Below, piece after piece: positions 38,727 to 48,682 of a DNA stretch of 64,000 bases. The notes under the pieces were generated by a model. The model did not search any database. It was given only the letters and a program-made list of their open reading frames with translations, and was not told the DNA's origin. Positions within the stretch are counted from its first letter, which is position 1. The number at the start of each line of letters is the position of its first letter. Source of the DNA: an uncultured virus (IMG/VR IMGVR_UViG_3300020469_003958) (lineage: Duplodnaviria; Heunggongvirae; Uroviricota; Caudoviricetes); IMG/VR virus record IMGVR_UViG_3300020469_003958; one strand, written 5' to 3'. The position numbers and the translations under genes are program-made.

Positions 38727-39809
38727 TTATGAAATTAAACTAAATGTGTAATCGTTATCAAAGAAATAATCAACTCCACCAATAGTAATCTTAAATTCTA
38801 TATTGTACACCCTATCAACTTCCCAATTAGATAAATTCAAATTGAAATAGTTACCATCGGTATCACAACTTAATTTTGTGTAATTACTAAATGGAATAAT
38901 TGTTTCACCTGAATGATAATCACATATTTGGTAGTATGATGTTGTTGGTAAAAATTTACTAATACCATATTGTGCCGTAGATGAGAATGTTTTTGTAGGA
39001 TATAAATCTCTACCAACTACTCTCAACTTAGGTGTTGTATTTACTTTGTAATGCTTTTTAAAGTTTCTAATTCCAACTTTTATTTCTTCCGATGTTAGTT
39101 CAGTTAACGAACCAGTTGAAAATGATACATCATTCCATGCAATTCTAACTTTTGGTTGGTGAATAGTATTGGTTTCTTTACTAAAGAATTTTAACATACC
39201 ATAATCATTTGAATCTTCCTCAGATGAATTTTCGTGCTTTACTATCAATCCTTCATTTTCAATTGAACCACTTAACCAACTTTGGAAAATTGTAGTTATA
39301 TCTGCGTTTATATCTTCTGTTTTGTATGAGAATACTTGTGAACCACTTAAATTAGAATGCCAAACTCCTCCTCTACCAGCAAACGAGCCAGTTGAGTTAG
39401 TAGCAAATACAATATTACCACCTACTACGTTGTTTACCCATCTAAGTGATGAATCACCTTCTCTATAATTCCAAGTTACACCAGCGGTTTCTATTTCATC
39501 AAATCGAGTACCTTTACCCATTTCCCAACTTTGAGATACTGGATAAATTTCAATATTGAACTCTAAGGGTATTTCTTCAGATTCAGTTTCTCTCATTATA
39601 AGTTTGGCCTCTTCAAACCCTACACTACCAGCTGATAGTGATGATGAGAAGTTCATTACGTCAAATTTAAGGAGTGCTCTGGATACATCTTTGATATTAC
39701 CATAGTAAACCTTACTAACCTCTAATACCTCATCTAAACCAGCGTTTTGGTCAGGTTGTTGTAAGTACACCGATGCATCTTTTGATGCTGTTAAAAAATA
39801 GTATGCCAT
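38727..39809 (-). CDS. Structural protein with DNRLRE/CBM96-like domain
   Basis: ASKDASVY..PDQNAG..LEV..SRALLKFD..W..G..TWN..FSKE..PK. Confidence 0.55.
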   Translation of the reverse strand: MAYYFLTASKDASVYLQQPDQNAGLDEVLEVSKVYYGNIKDVSRALLKFDVMNFSSSLSAGSVGFEEAKLIMRETESEEIPLEFNIEIYPVSQSWEMGKGTRFDEIETAGVTWNYREGDSSLRWVNNVVGGNIVFATNSTGSFAGRGGVWHSNLSGSQVFSYKTEDINADITTIFQSWLSGSIENEGLIVKHENSSEEDSNDYGMLKFFSKETNTIHQPKVRIAWNDVSFSTGSLTELTSEEIKVGIRNFKKHYKVNTTPKLRVVGRDLYPTKTFSSTAQYGISKFLPTTSYYQICDYHSGETIIPFSNYTKLSCDTDGNYFNLNLSNWEVDRVYNIEFKITIGGVDYFFDNDYTFSLIS

Positions 39810-41842
39810 TATCTTGCCCTTCCTTTTATATCCGAATCTGGAAATTTAATTTCGAAAACCGATGGGTCTAAAGATGGATATAAAATCTTATCTTTAATCG
39901 CCGCTTCTATATTGTATGAATTGTTTGCATATTGCCCACCACACTTATTTATAATTTTTAATTTTGGTACTGAACTAACTCCATCAACATTTGCTATAAT
40001 TAATTCTAATTCAGAAATGTTAACTGTGTTATTAAATGTAAAATTATCTATATCAAAATATTCTTTTAGTTCAGATATACAATCAGATAATACTTCACTC
40101 TTATTGTAATTTTTTAATGTAATGATTTCAAACTCAAGTCCTATGTTAATAATAAAACCATCATTTATGTTTATACCATCAGTTAAAATTTTGTATTCTG
40201 AAAGATATGTTTTTAAATTTTCTTTTATTGCTCTATTTAGATTTGATAATTTTTTATTTGAATCATATCCTAATAAATAAAGATTAATAGCAAATGGATT
40301 ATTCTTTTCATTATTATTAGAAGTTTTACCTAATAAGAATTTTTGAAGTTCATCTTTTATTGCTTTTCTATTTGGTTCTTCCTCTTCAGGTTTGTTAACA
40401 AATGATTCTACTAAATCAGTAAACTCATTAAGAACGTTAGGTGAAGCTAATATAGAAGCTGGTGAGTTATTATCCAACTTACCATCTGCCGTAGCGTATG
40501 CTTTTGCAATCGAACCAAATTTGGTTGGCATTGATAGAGCTCTTACTTGATAATCTTTAGCAGTTACTGCTCTATTTTGTGAACCAAAGTTAGCCAAAGC
40601 ATTTTGTCTAATCTCTTCCATTGTATCACCACCCTTACCACCAGTTGCAGGAACCTCATTATCTACTGCGATAGAGTTTTTAGCTGCATTGTATAATCCT
40701 AATTGGGTATCTGAGAATTTTGTTGTATCTTCTTCATACTCTACCCCATTGATTTGAGTAATACTACCTTTCTTTACATTTGATTCTACACCACCACCAA
40801 CTAAATACTTTACAGTTATAGTTGTATTAGATGGAGAGGTTCCATATGTTTTAGTTTTTAAGAAGTTCGTAGGGTCGAAAGATTCTTCTAATTTAGAAAT
40901 AGAATTAGGTAATCCTAATCCAACATTTTTAAATGAAGGAATAATTGTTTCTTCACTAACTGTTGGGTCACCACTACCAAACTGAATAGTTGTTGTACTA
41001 TCTGGATTTACTTGCTTAACAAATCTACGAGATGTTTTAAGTGTATTTAAAATATATGGAGTTGTTTCTTTAAATTGAAATAAATCAGGATCATTATTTT
41101 CAGTATTTGGATAATCAACAAACACCAACTCTTGTGCTAAATAAGGTACTTCATAAAATTTGTTTCCATCCGAATCTCTTACATCGTAAATATCAATAAT
41201 ATTAGTATCACCTAATTCAATACTTTGAAATTCTTTATATGACCCAAAAGTTTCTTCTTCAATTTTTACATCAGCTGAAATAGCTTGTACAAATTTCTTT
41301 ACTAAATAAAAAGTTGCTTCTCCACTAATAGAATCAGTTTGATATATTGTTACTTCTCTATCAGACTCATCTGAAAAATCAACAACATCTTGTGTAACAA
41401 ATTGTACACCATTTGTTGATTCAGCTCTCATACCTTCTTTGATTCTTAAAAAATAAGTTTCATCAAACGTATTATCAGCGCCAGTTCCAATTGATGGAAC
41501 TAATTGATAAACCGAAAGTGTTGTTACTGATGGAGATGTTACTTTTGGTTTGTATCCTAAATATTGTGAAAGTGCTATTACATTTTCAATATCATCGGCA
41601 TGAACCATTAATGATTCTTTTAAAGTATCATCAACATAATATGAAAGTGAATCACCAATATAAGATGCCATTTCAATGAACATCATACCTGGTGATGATT
41701 CATTAAAGTCTGAATATGTTTGTGGGAAATAAGTTTTAGCAAACTCAATAAGATTACCTCTGAATTGTGTAAAATCCTTATTAAGGTACTTTATATCTTT
41801 ACCCTTATTTTTAAAGTTCTTTGATGTTTTTGTTATTGCCAT
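39809..41842 (-). CDS. Baseplate wedge protein (T4 gp6/baseplate J-like)
   Basis: DFNESSPGMMFIEMASYIGD, LGYKP, IQFGSG, ATGG..EEIR..QNRAVTAKDY. Confidence 0.85.
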   Translation of the reverse strand: MAITKTSKNFKNKGKDIKYLNKDFTQFRGNLIEFAKTYFPQTYSDFNESSPGMMFIEMASYIGDSLSYYVDDTLKESLMVHADDIENVIALSQYLGYKPKVTSPSVTTLSVYQLVPSIGTGADNTFDETYFLRIKEGMRAESTNGVQFVTQDVVDFSDESDREVTIYQTDSISGEATFYLVKKFVQAISADVKIEEETFGSYKEFQSIELGDTNIIDIYDVRDSDGNKFYEVPYLAQELVFVDYPNTENNDPDLFQFKETTPYILNTLKTSRRFVKQVNPDSTTTIQFGSGDPTVSEETIIPSFKNVGLGLPNSISKLEESFDPTNFLKTKTYGTSPSNTTITVKYLVGGGVESNVKKGSITQINGVEYEEDTTKFSDTQLGLYNAAKNSIAVDNEVPATGGKGGDTMEEIRQNALANFGSQNRAVTAKDYQVRALSMPTKFGSIAKAYATADGKLDNNSPASILASPNVLNEFTDLVESFVNKPEEEEPNRKAIKDELQKFLLGKTSNNNEKNNPFAINLYLLGYDSNKKLSNLNRAIKENLKTYLSEYKILTDGININDGFIINIGLEFEIITLKNYNKSEVLSDCISELKEYFDIDNFTFNNTVNISELELIIANVDGVSSVPKLKIINKCGGQYANNSYNIEAAIKDKILYPSLDPSVFEIKFPDSDIKGRAR

Positions 41843-41848
41843 ATCTTA

Positions 41849-42277
41849 TTATCCCTGTACTGTAAATGTTAGAGTTTCTAAATTAATATCTTCTCCTATT
41901 CTGAATTTAATTGAAACATTTAATTTATTGTTATCTCTTAATTCATCAGTTGATTCAATATCAATCTCCTCTGCTGTAACATAAGGTAGCCATTGTTCTA
42001 AACTTTCGTTTATAGTATCTTCTATTCTACCTTCTAAATCATCTACGTTTTGTTCAAACAATAATGATTGTAAACCACTACCAAATTGAGGTTGTAAAAT
42101 ACGTTCCCCCTTTTTAGTAAGTAGAAGATTTTTAATATTTGATTTAACTTGGTCTTTGGTTTGGAAAGATTGCTCGAATGTATTCTCACCAAATGTTAAT
42201 GGTAAGGTAATACCAATTGCATAACTTGCAAACTCTTTGGTATCTTTTACAATTCTTCTTCCTAACTCAATTGCCAT
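41849..42277 (-). CDS. Baseplate protein gp25-like
   Basis: NIKNLLLTKKGERILQPQFGSGL..LFE..WLPYV. Confidence 0.88.
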   Translation of the reverse strand: MAIELGRRIVKDTKEFASYAIGITLPLTFGENTFEQSFQTKDQVKSNIKNLLLTKKGERILQPQFGSGLQSLLFEQNVDDLEGRIEDTINESLEQWLPYVTAEEIDIESTDELRDNNKLNVSIKFRIGEDINLETLTFTVQG

Positions 42278-42283
42278 CTTTTA

Positions 42284-42769
42284 TTACATTCCTGGTCTCC
42301 AAGGACCTTTCTTTTTATCTACCGCTTTCATTAATTGTCTATAATCTTTACTTAACAATTTATTCATTCCAGCGTTTCCAGTTTGAACTGGTTGTGTGTA
42401 ACCCATATTTTGTTGGATACTTTGTGCACCCAATGTATGTGTATCATTAGTGTTAAAGTTCATAGTTCTATAATCTTCGCCACTTGTTGCTTGTCTTTGT
42501 TGTGAGTTAAAAGGTTGTGTTTGTGCCAATACCTCATTTAGTGCTGCATTCTTGCTAAATGTTTTTTGTGGTTGAACTGGTTCTTCCACAACATTTGAAT
42601 CCATAAATGTTGGTTCTTTTGGTGTAATAGCTTCTTTAAGTTTTTTGTTTTCTTTCAATAACTTAGCCATTTCTTTCTTAACACCCTCTTTAACGAGTTT
42701 GGGAAGAATCACTTTGATTTCCTCCTTAACTATTATTTGTATTGCTTTTACTAATTTATCAGTGTCCAT
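42284..42769 (-). CDS. Hypothetical protein
   Basis: 161-aa ORF; late motif at 42793-42800. Confidence 0.65.
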   Translation of the reverse strand: MDTDKLVKAIQIIVKEEIKVILPKLVKEGVKKEMAKLLKENKKLKEAITPKEPTFMDSNVVEEPVQPQKTFSKNAALNEVLAQTQPFNSQQRQATSGEDYRTMNFNTNDTHTLGAQSIQQNMGYTQPVQTGNAGMNKLLSKDYRQLMKAVDKKKGPWRPGM

Positions 42770-42823
42770 TGTATAAAATGTTTTCCTTTCTATATAAATA
42801 TTTGTTTTAGGTTTTTTCGTTTT

Positions 42824-43672
42824 TTACTTACACTTTGTTCCACCCATTTCTAATTGTGATATAAAATCAGGTAGAATATTTTCTAAATCATCATCTAATA
42901 CATCCGATGGTATGGTTGTATCAATAACATTTTGAAGTGATGTATCTCCTTGAATTAGAGATGTTCCATCAGAATCCCCACTTTCATCATTTTCATATTC
43001 TTGAATAGGTCCTAACTGAGATATAGGTTCATCATCTTCTTCTAATAACATTGCTGGTTCACTTCCATCTTCAGATGGGAAGTTTATATTTGGTATAGGA
43101 ATAGCTGGTGGGATTAGATATGCTGTCCAAGCTATTACTGCTGGAGCTGGTACTGGTGATGGTGCTGATGGATATAATGATGTTGTTTGTATAAACCCAC
43201 CTACTGAAAATAAATGTACAATAGCCGCAAGTATAAACATATTAACCATTATCTCTTGCTTAGATGCAGGTTTTATAGGTGGATACATAGGCCAAGTACC
43301 AACATTACTAGCTATATTTGAATTAACTGCTATGTTTTGAATTGTACCTGGTGCTGGTATAAGTGGGATTGGGAATGGGTTCATTTGAGCACCAGCCCAA
43401 TATGCCTTTACACCATTTCCAAATTCATTTACCAAAGAAAAGTTTTGACCCGGTGGAGTTGCTAATCCTTTTAATAATGCTACTTTAAAAAGAGTTTCCA
43501 TTATTGGTTTATTACCTCTATTGATTGATTCTTGATTTAGTAAATCCCTACCCCTCTTAACACACGCATCATATTCATCGGCCCAAATCTTTGCAACTTT
43601 ATTTACATCTAAAGTGTTATAGTTTGGATTTGTTTTCCTTAGTATGTTTCTTTTGAATAATCCCCAAGACAT
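42824..43672 (-). CDS. Hypothetical (spike-associated?) protein
   Basis: Start reassigned to ATG 43672 (MSWGLFK), immediately after the stop of 43674..44039. Confidence 0.6.
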   Translation of the reverse strand: MSWGLFKRNILRKTNPNYNTLDVNKVAKIWADEYDACVKRGRDLLNQESINRGNKPIMETLFKVALLKGLATPPGQNFSLVNEFGNGVKAYWAGAQMNPFPIPLIPAPGTIQNIAVNSNIASNVGTWPMYPPIKPASKQEIMVNMFILAAIVHLFSVGGFIQTTSLYPSAPSPVPAPAVIAWTAYLIPPAIPIPNINFPSEDGSEPAMLLEEDDEPISQLGPIQEYENDESGDSDGTSLIQGDTSLQNVIDTTIPSDVLDDDLENILPDFISQLEMGGTKCK

Positions 43673-43673
43673 T

Positions 43674-44039
43674 TTATGTAAGTGTTGAAATTGGTGAAGG
43701 TGGAATTTTTGGTAATCCTTTTTTTCTTTTTGGATTTTCTTCCAGCTTCTTTTTTCTAAATTTTGGAAGAGATGGTAATTTAGGTAATTTGATTTTAGGT
43801 AGCTTTGGTGGTTCTTTTGGCAATTCAAGTGTTTTAATAGGTATTCTTTGTGAATACCCACCAAGATCTTGAGAATTAACAACATCACCAACGTTTCCAG
43901 TAACATTAGATAGATTACTAACAACATTACCAGCTGCACTGGCTACCCCACTTACAGCACCAGTGGCTGAAGCTGCAGTAGTACCAGCAGTATCTTTTAC
44001 TGAACCCAATCTTCCTTTTAAATCATTGTTTATTGCCAT
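43674..44039 (-). CDS. Low-complexity hypothetical protein
   Basis: Ala/Gly-rich then Pro/Lys-rich; abuts both neighbours. Confidence 0.55.
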   Translation of the reverse strand: MAINNDLKGRLGSVKDTAGTTAASATGAVSGVASAAGNVVSNLSNVTGNVGDVVNSQDLGGYSQRIPIKTLELPKEPPKLPKIKLPKLPSLPKFRKKKLEENPKRKKGLPKIPPSPISTLT

Positions 44040-44040
44040 A

Positions 44041-45255
44041 CTATTTTAATTGAACATTATTACTTAACATTGTATTTAGTTTACTTTTTAATGTTGTAAA
44101 TTGTGCTACATTAGTTGGACCAGGTGAAGATGGACCAGCTGGTGTTAAGTATATTTGTTGTGCTATTAAATCTATCATCTCACTCAACAATTCAACCAAT
44201 GTTTCACCTTTAGGAGCTGCTTCCAATGTACCATCCGTTCCTAATGCTATTGTACCATTACCAATATCAATATTAAAATCTCTATTTTTAGTATCAACAA
44301 ATATGTGGTCATTGACTGTTAAATTCATTCCTCTATTACTATCTAATGAAAATTGACCATCGGTTATCATACCAATATCACCCTTACTAGCTAAAATCAT
44401 TTGAGATGTTTTTGCTGAAAGGATAATTCTATCAGAATTTAATAATATTTGATTACCCCTTAATTCATTTGGATAATCGAAAAAAGATTCTTTTTTGTTT
44501 TCTACTGGTAGTGTGTATTCTAGTAAAGCGTTTCCTCCACCCAAGAATATAATATTACCATCACCATTAATATCTTCTTCTACCAATACACCATCTTCTT
44601 TCTGCCTATTTTCTGGTGATTCTCCATTTCTTAAAATTAAAGAAGGAGAAAATTCGTTATCAGTATTATTGTACGCACTAAGTCTAATTGATTGTCCAAA
44701 TCTACCTTGAAATAAAGTATCTCCTTCATATAATTTAAGTTTGTGAATACCTTCTTCAATACCAAAGTAATCACCAAAACCATCAAAATCATTTACACTA
44801 TTTGTGTTTGAACGAGTAATCCCAGTACTACTTACTTTAGAATAATTTTTTGATTTATTTCCAGTATCAGTTTCTTGAGTAGCTGGAAATAAACTTGATA
44901 TTAAGTTTTCAGCGTTAGATGTATTTGGTGATAATCCCTTTGAAATCTGAGTATAAATGTATTCACTACCTAACTTTTGAATAAAAACAGTTTGATTTCT
45001 AAGTGGTAGTATGGTAACTGATGAATCTAATGGTCTAGCAAATATTAATTCATTATTCTGAATATCACTTACTAATCTACATTGAATAGAACCAACATCT
45101 GCTATTGTTCTTCTACCCTCTTTTATTTCAGGATGGTTTTCATCTAAAATAACAGAATATACAACAGCTATATCGCTCTGCTTTTCAAATGCATCAGCAA
45201 CAGAAGAAGCTGCTTTAGCTACATTCCATAATAAGTTACCACCAAAAAAACTCAT
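44041..45255 (-). CDS. Baseplate central spike-like protein (gp5/gpV-like)
   Basis: EGD..QGRFGQSIRL, QILLNSDRIIL beta repeats, GETLVELL..TPAGPS. Confidence 0.6.
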   Translation of the reverse strand: MSFFGGNLLWNVAKAASSVADAFEKQSDIAVVYSVILDENHPEIKEGRRTIADVGSIQCRLVSDIQNNELIFARPLDSSVTILPLRNQTVFIQKLGSEYIYTQISKGLSPNTSNAENLISSLFPATQETDTGNKSKNYSKVSSTGITRSNTNSVNDFDGFGDYFGIEEGIHKLKLYEGDTLFQGRFGQSIRLSAYNNTDNEFSPSLILRNGESPENRQKEDGVLVEEDINGDGNIIFLGGGNALLEYTLPVENKKESFFDYPNELRGNQILLNSDRIILSAKTSQMILASKGDIGMITDGQFSLDSNRGMNLTVNDHIFVDTKNRDFNIDIGNGTIALGTDGTLEAAPKGETLVELLSEMIDLIAQQIYLTPAGPSSPGPTNVAQFTTLKSKLNTMLSNNVQLK

Positions 45256-45651
45256 TTAACTTTCTATTTTTTGTTTTACTTCTTCTATTTCATTTTGTAA
45301 ATCATCTACCCTACTAACTTCATCTTGAACTTGTTCAATCTCTGAAAGTAATTGTTCTCTTTCTTTATCAGTAAGGAAACCAGTATCTCCTTCTGATTTT
45401 TGACTTGATGCTATAATTCTTTGTGCGATAGTTGCTAACTTAACCAATTGGTCATCATTACGAACTGATGTATCAATTAAGTCTTTGATGACTGGACCTA
45501 AGATTCCCATATCACCATTGTGTCTTATCATTTTTCTGATTTCAAAGATGACTTCAGAAATATGTTTCTTTTTATTTATTTGATTATTATAGATATCCTC
45601 AAACAACCCACTAAGGTTTTTGCCTGGGAATAATTCGAAATCTGTTGACAT
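45256..45651 (-). CDS. Hypothetical helical protein
   Basis: 131-aa ORF; late motif at 45676-45683. Confidence 0.65.
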   Translation of the reverse strand: MSTDFELFPGKNLSGLFEDIYNNQINKKKHISEVIFEIRKMIRHNGDMGILGPVIKDLIDTSVRNDDQLVKLATIAQRIIASSQKSEGDTGFLTDKEREQLLSEIEQVQDEVSRVDDLQNEIEEVKQKIES

Positions 45652-45706
45652 AGTTTATTGGTATTGCGTTCAATATATAAATATCAATAAACAAAAAAGT
45701 ATAGGA

Positions 45707-45841
45707 TTACCTACCCTGTCCTCTATATGCCTTTTTGTAGTTTCTACTATTTTTAGATTTTGAGGTCTTACACTTAGAGTGAATTCCTGGTCTCTTTTTT
45801 TTAGAAGTTCCAAAACGATTTGATGTAATTACTTTTGCCAT
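45707..45841 (-). CDS. Small basic protein (44 aa) ending YRGQGR
   Basis: Not in ORF track; MAKVITSNRFGTSKKKRPGIHSKCKTSKSKNSRNYKKAYRGQGR; late-type motif at 45861-45868. Confidence 0.7.
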   Translation of the reverse strand: MAKVITSNRFGTSKKKRPGIHSKCKTSKSKNSRNYKKAYRGQGR

Positions 45842-45894
45842 AATATATTTAGATTATACCAATAAGTATATTATACCAACCCAAACAAAAACAA

Positions 45895-46425
45895 TCACTT
45901 ATTCTTATAAAAAAATTCTAATATATCTCTTTCTAAAGTAACATCCATTACGAAGTTGTTACCATACATAATGCTGGTAAAGGTTTCTTCCTCTTCTTCT
46001 GCTATTTCAATAACATAATCTATCTCATCAAATGTTACTTTATAACTTTCACTTTTTTTGATTCTTTGTATGTTCTTATGTTCTGTTGTTCTTTCTATAA
46101 CTTCCTTACCACTTATATCAGGTACATTTAAGAGTTGAGTTACACATTTAGCATAGTTTGTTTTAAGGGTATCTATAAAGAAGATATCATCCATCTTACT
46201 CATTAGATACAATCGTTGTTTTTTATCCAAACCACCCGCTTTAAAATCACCAGTGTATTGTACGATTGGTAAAGATAGTATTGCTTTTTGGGAATCTTCT
46301 TTTAATTTTTTAAAATTTACTTTAGATTTTATTTGATGTGGATGATTAATATCTTTATCACATGGTAGTGCTAAAATATCATAGAATGTATTTGTACCAA
46401 AGTGTTCTTGTATTAGAGGACTCAT
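45895..46425 (-). CDS. Hypothetical protein, last gene of the two-component operon
   Basis: Starts 2 nt after the stop of the previous gene. Confidence 0.65.
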   Translation of the reverse strand: MSPLIQEHFGTNTFYDILALPCDKDINHPHQIKSKVNFKKLKEDSQKAILSLPIVQYTGDFKAGGLDKKQRLYLMSKMDDIFFIDTLKTNYAKCVTQLLNVPDISGKEVIERTTEHKNIQRIKKSESYKVTFDEIDYVIEIAEEEEETFTSIMYGNNFVMDVTLERDILEFFYKNK

Positions 46426-46427
46426 CG

Positions 46428-47000
46428 TTATTCTTTTTCAGTAGCATATTTTACACCCATAATTGTACCAACGATTGAGAATGCGTTAGTAAGGAGAATA
46501 CCAAACATATTACTCCAAGTAGAACCAATGATTTGAGTATCAGTACCAGACATAAGTGCTAATCCATACATAACAGTTGTAAGAACACCAACACCAACAA
46601 TTACATAAAGTGCAACTTTTACAATTGTACTGATTAATTCGAATTGGGTTTTCTTTTGCATTACTTCCAAATCTTCCAATGCCTTATCCTTACCTTTTTC
46701 AGCTTCTTCTCTTAACTGATTGGATTCTTCCAATGCTATTTGGAGTTCTTCCATCAGTTCATCATTTTCTTTTTGTTTATTAACAAGTTCTTTATTTTGT
46801 TGTTGAACTTGTTTAGTTACCTTTAATCTTTTTCTTCTTGATTCGGAATCCTTTTCCTTACAAAGTTTTAGATACTCTTCGAACTCAGTATCACCCTCAG
46901 GCGCTTTAAGAATCTTTAAGAAGTTTCCTTCTATATAAATTCTATTCTTTTTAGCAACACCTAAAAGAACATCTCTTGTATGTTTTGTAACCTCAATCAT
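46428..47000 (-). CDS. Coiled-coil protein with two C-terminal transmembrane helices
   Basis: Q/E/K coiled coil, then VALYVIVGVGVLTTVMYGLAL and MFGILLTNAFSIVGTIMGV. Confidence 0.7.
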   Translation of the reverse strand: MIEVTKHTRDVLLGVAKKNRIYIEGNFLKILKAPEGDTEFEEYLKLCKEKDSESRRKRLKVTKQVQQQNKELVNKQKENDELMEELQIALEESNQLREEAEKGKDKALEDLEVMQKKTQFELISTIVKVALYVIVGVGVLTTVMYGLALMSGTDTQIIGSTWSNMFGILLTNAFSIVGTIMGVKYATEKE

Positions 47001-47006
47001 TATAGG

Positions 47007-47453
47007 TTACTTATAAACTTTGAATGGAGCAGTTTGGTTTAGATATCCATCATAATCTTTTCTGAACTCTTCTAATCGAGGTTCAATATCATCTGATTTA
47101 ATAATCCAAAATTGAGCACCAGCAGCTTTTGCTTTTTCAATTTCTTGATTATCATCTGATGAAGATATAATTCCGATTACACAACCATTACCATATTCGA
47201 AATTGATTTTACGAATCAACTCAATCCCATCAAAGGATGAACCGATTATATTTAAATCAACGAATACACACTCAGGTCTATCATCATCATTGTTATCAGG
47301 AAACCATTCTTTAAATTTTTTATCAGCTTCATCGGAAGAGTTAAGCGCTTCCAAAGATAAAGTGATATCTAAGATACTACAAGCATCTTCAAATACTAAG
47401 TGGAATAAATCCTCATCATCCACCAGTAAGATTGAGTTAATCATTTCATTCAT
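47007..47453 (-). CDS. Stand-alone response regulator receiver (CheY-like)
   Basis: ILLVDDE, CVFVDLNI (phospho-Asp), DGIELIRKI, ISSS, GA..WIIK. Confidence 0.9.
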   Translation of the reverse strand: MNEMINSILLVDDEDLFHLVFEDACSILDITLSLEALNSSDEADKKFKEWFPDNNDDDRPECVFVDLNIIGSSFDGIELIRKINFEYGNGCVIGIISSSDDNQEIEKAKAAGAQFWIIKSDDIEPRLEEFRKDYDGYLNQTAPFKVYK

Positions 47454-48682
47454 TTTAAATTAATTCTTAATTTAGTGCCGTTATTTAATTTTTCGGCTGT
47501 TATTCCAAAACCATGTTCATTCAGAATTGCGATACAAATATTTAATCCCAATCCAGAACCTCCTTCTTTTTGTCCTTCTTTTCTTGTATATGGTTTGGAT
47601 AACTCAATGAACTCTTCATTAGTAATCCCCCTTCCATTATCTTCCACACACATTGTTGAATTATTTTCCATATAAACTCTAATCACCTTTGTACTACTAT
47701 CGTTATACTTTAATCCGTTTCTGATTAAGTTATCTATTGCCGTACAAAATAATGGTTCGTTTACCATTGTGGTTGGTAATCTCTCTATCTTAACTTGTGA
47801 AATGTAAGATGTAGAAGATAAGTAGTTTCTAAGTATCTCAGCAAGATTACACTCATTCATATCTAATTGTGCATCTTCCTTAACTAAGTTTGTAAATTCT
47901 TTTACACCCGAATATACTTTCTGAGTGTGTCTTAATCCCTCCTCTAACATTCGTAGTGGAGAACCTATTTTTAATTCTTTGATTTTTTCTTCTGATAATC
48001 TTCGCTGTAAGGATGATAATCCTCTTGGCATGTATGTGTTGATACCACTATGCATATCATGTCGGAGAATCTTTGCAGCGTGTTCTAAGTAAGAGTTTTT
48101 CTGATTAACTTCTACTTCTGCTAGGTGTTGTAATGTTGTATCGGTTGCTATCTTTAGAACTTTATCGTAACCACCCTTTATACCCTTAATAGGAGTATAG
48201 TTACCAAATAACCAACGAGATGTTCCATCCTTTGCTATTCGTTCAAATTCACCACTTATATTTTCTCCTCTTTTTAATCTCTGCCAAAACTCTCTATATT
48301 CCAAACTTTCTCCATATTGCTTTGGAACCATATTCTTATGTGACTTATGTTTTAATTCCTTTTCGGTAAACTTAAACGTATTACAAAACTTTGAATTTGC
48401 TTCTAATATGTATCCATCCATATCCAACATTACAACTAAGTTTGATTTATCAATTGCTGCTAATTGTAAATCAATATTCTTTTCTTTGAGTTTTGTACTT
48501 TTGATGAAATCATATATGACATAAGAAAATGGTGGTATAAATAGAATTATACAACCATATCCAAATTCGGCTAAAAGATAAGAAGGTTCAAACCATCTAA
48601 ATATAATACAAGTTTGTACTATAAAAAAGATGAATATAATAGAACCCGCTATGCCTAAACATATTTTTGCGAACTTATTCAA
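47450..48682 (-). CDS. Membrane sensor histidine kinase with PAS domain
   Basis: Two N-terminal TMs; PAS (ANSKF..FWQRLKRGE..GEFER..KDG..W..YTPI); LRHDM H-box, NLIRNGLKY, EDNGRGI, GSGLGLNIC. Confidence 0.92.
   Translation of the reverse strand: MNKFAKICLGIAGSIIFIFFIVQTCIIFRWFEPSYLLAEFGYGCIILFIPPFSYVIYDFIKSTKLKEKNIDLQLAAIDKSNLVVMLDMDGYILEANSKFCNTFKFTEKELKHKSHKNMVPKQYGESLEYREFWQRLKRGENISGEFERIAKDGTSRWLFGNYTPIKGIKGGYDKVLKIATDTTLQHLAEVEVNQKNSYLEHAAKILRHDMHSGINTYMPRGLSSLQRRLSEEKIKELKIGSPLRMLEEGLRHTQKVYSGVKEFTNLVKEDAQLDMNECNLAEILRNYLSSTSYISQVKIERLPTTMVNEPLFCTAIDNLIRNGLKYNDSSTKVIRVYMENNSTMCVEDNGRGITNEEFIELSKPYTRKEGQKEGGSGLGLNICIAILNEHGFGITAEKLNNGTKLRINLK

Noticed and set aside
43673..43939. 5' extension of ORF 42824..43939
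   Set aside because: Overlaps 43674..44039 in another frame; ATG 43672 follows that gene's stop directly
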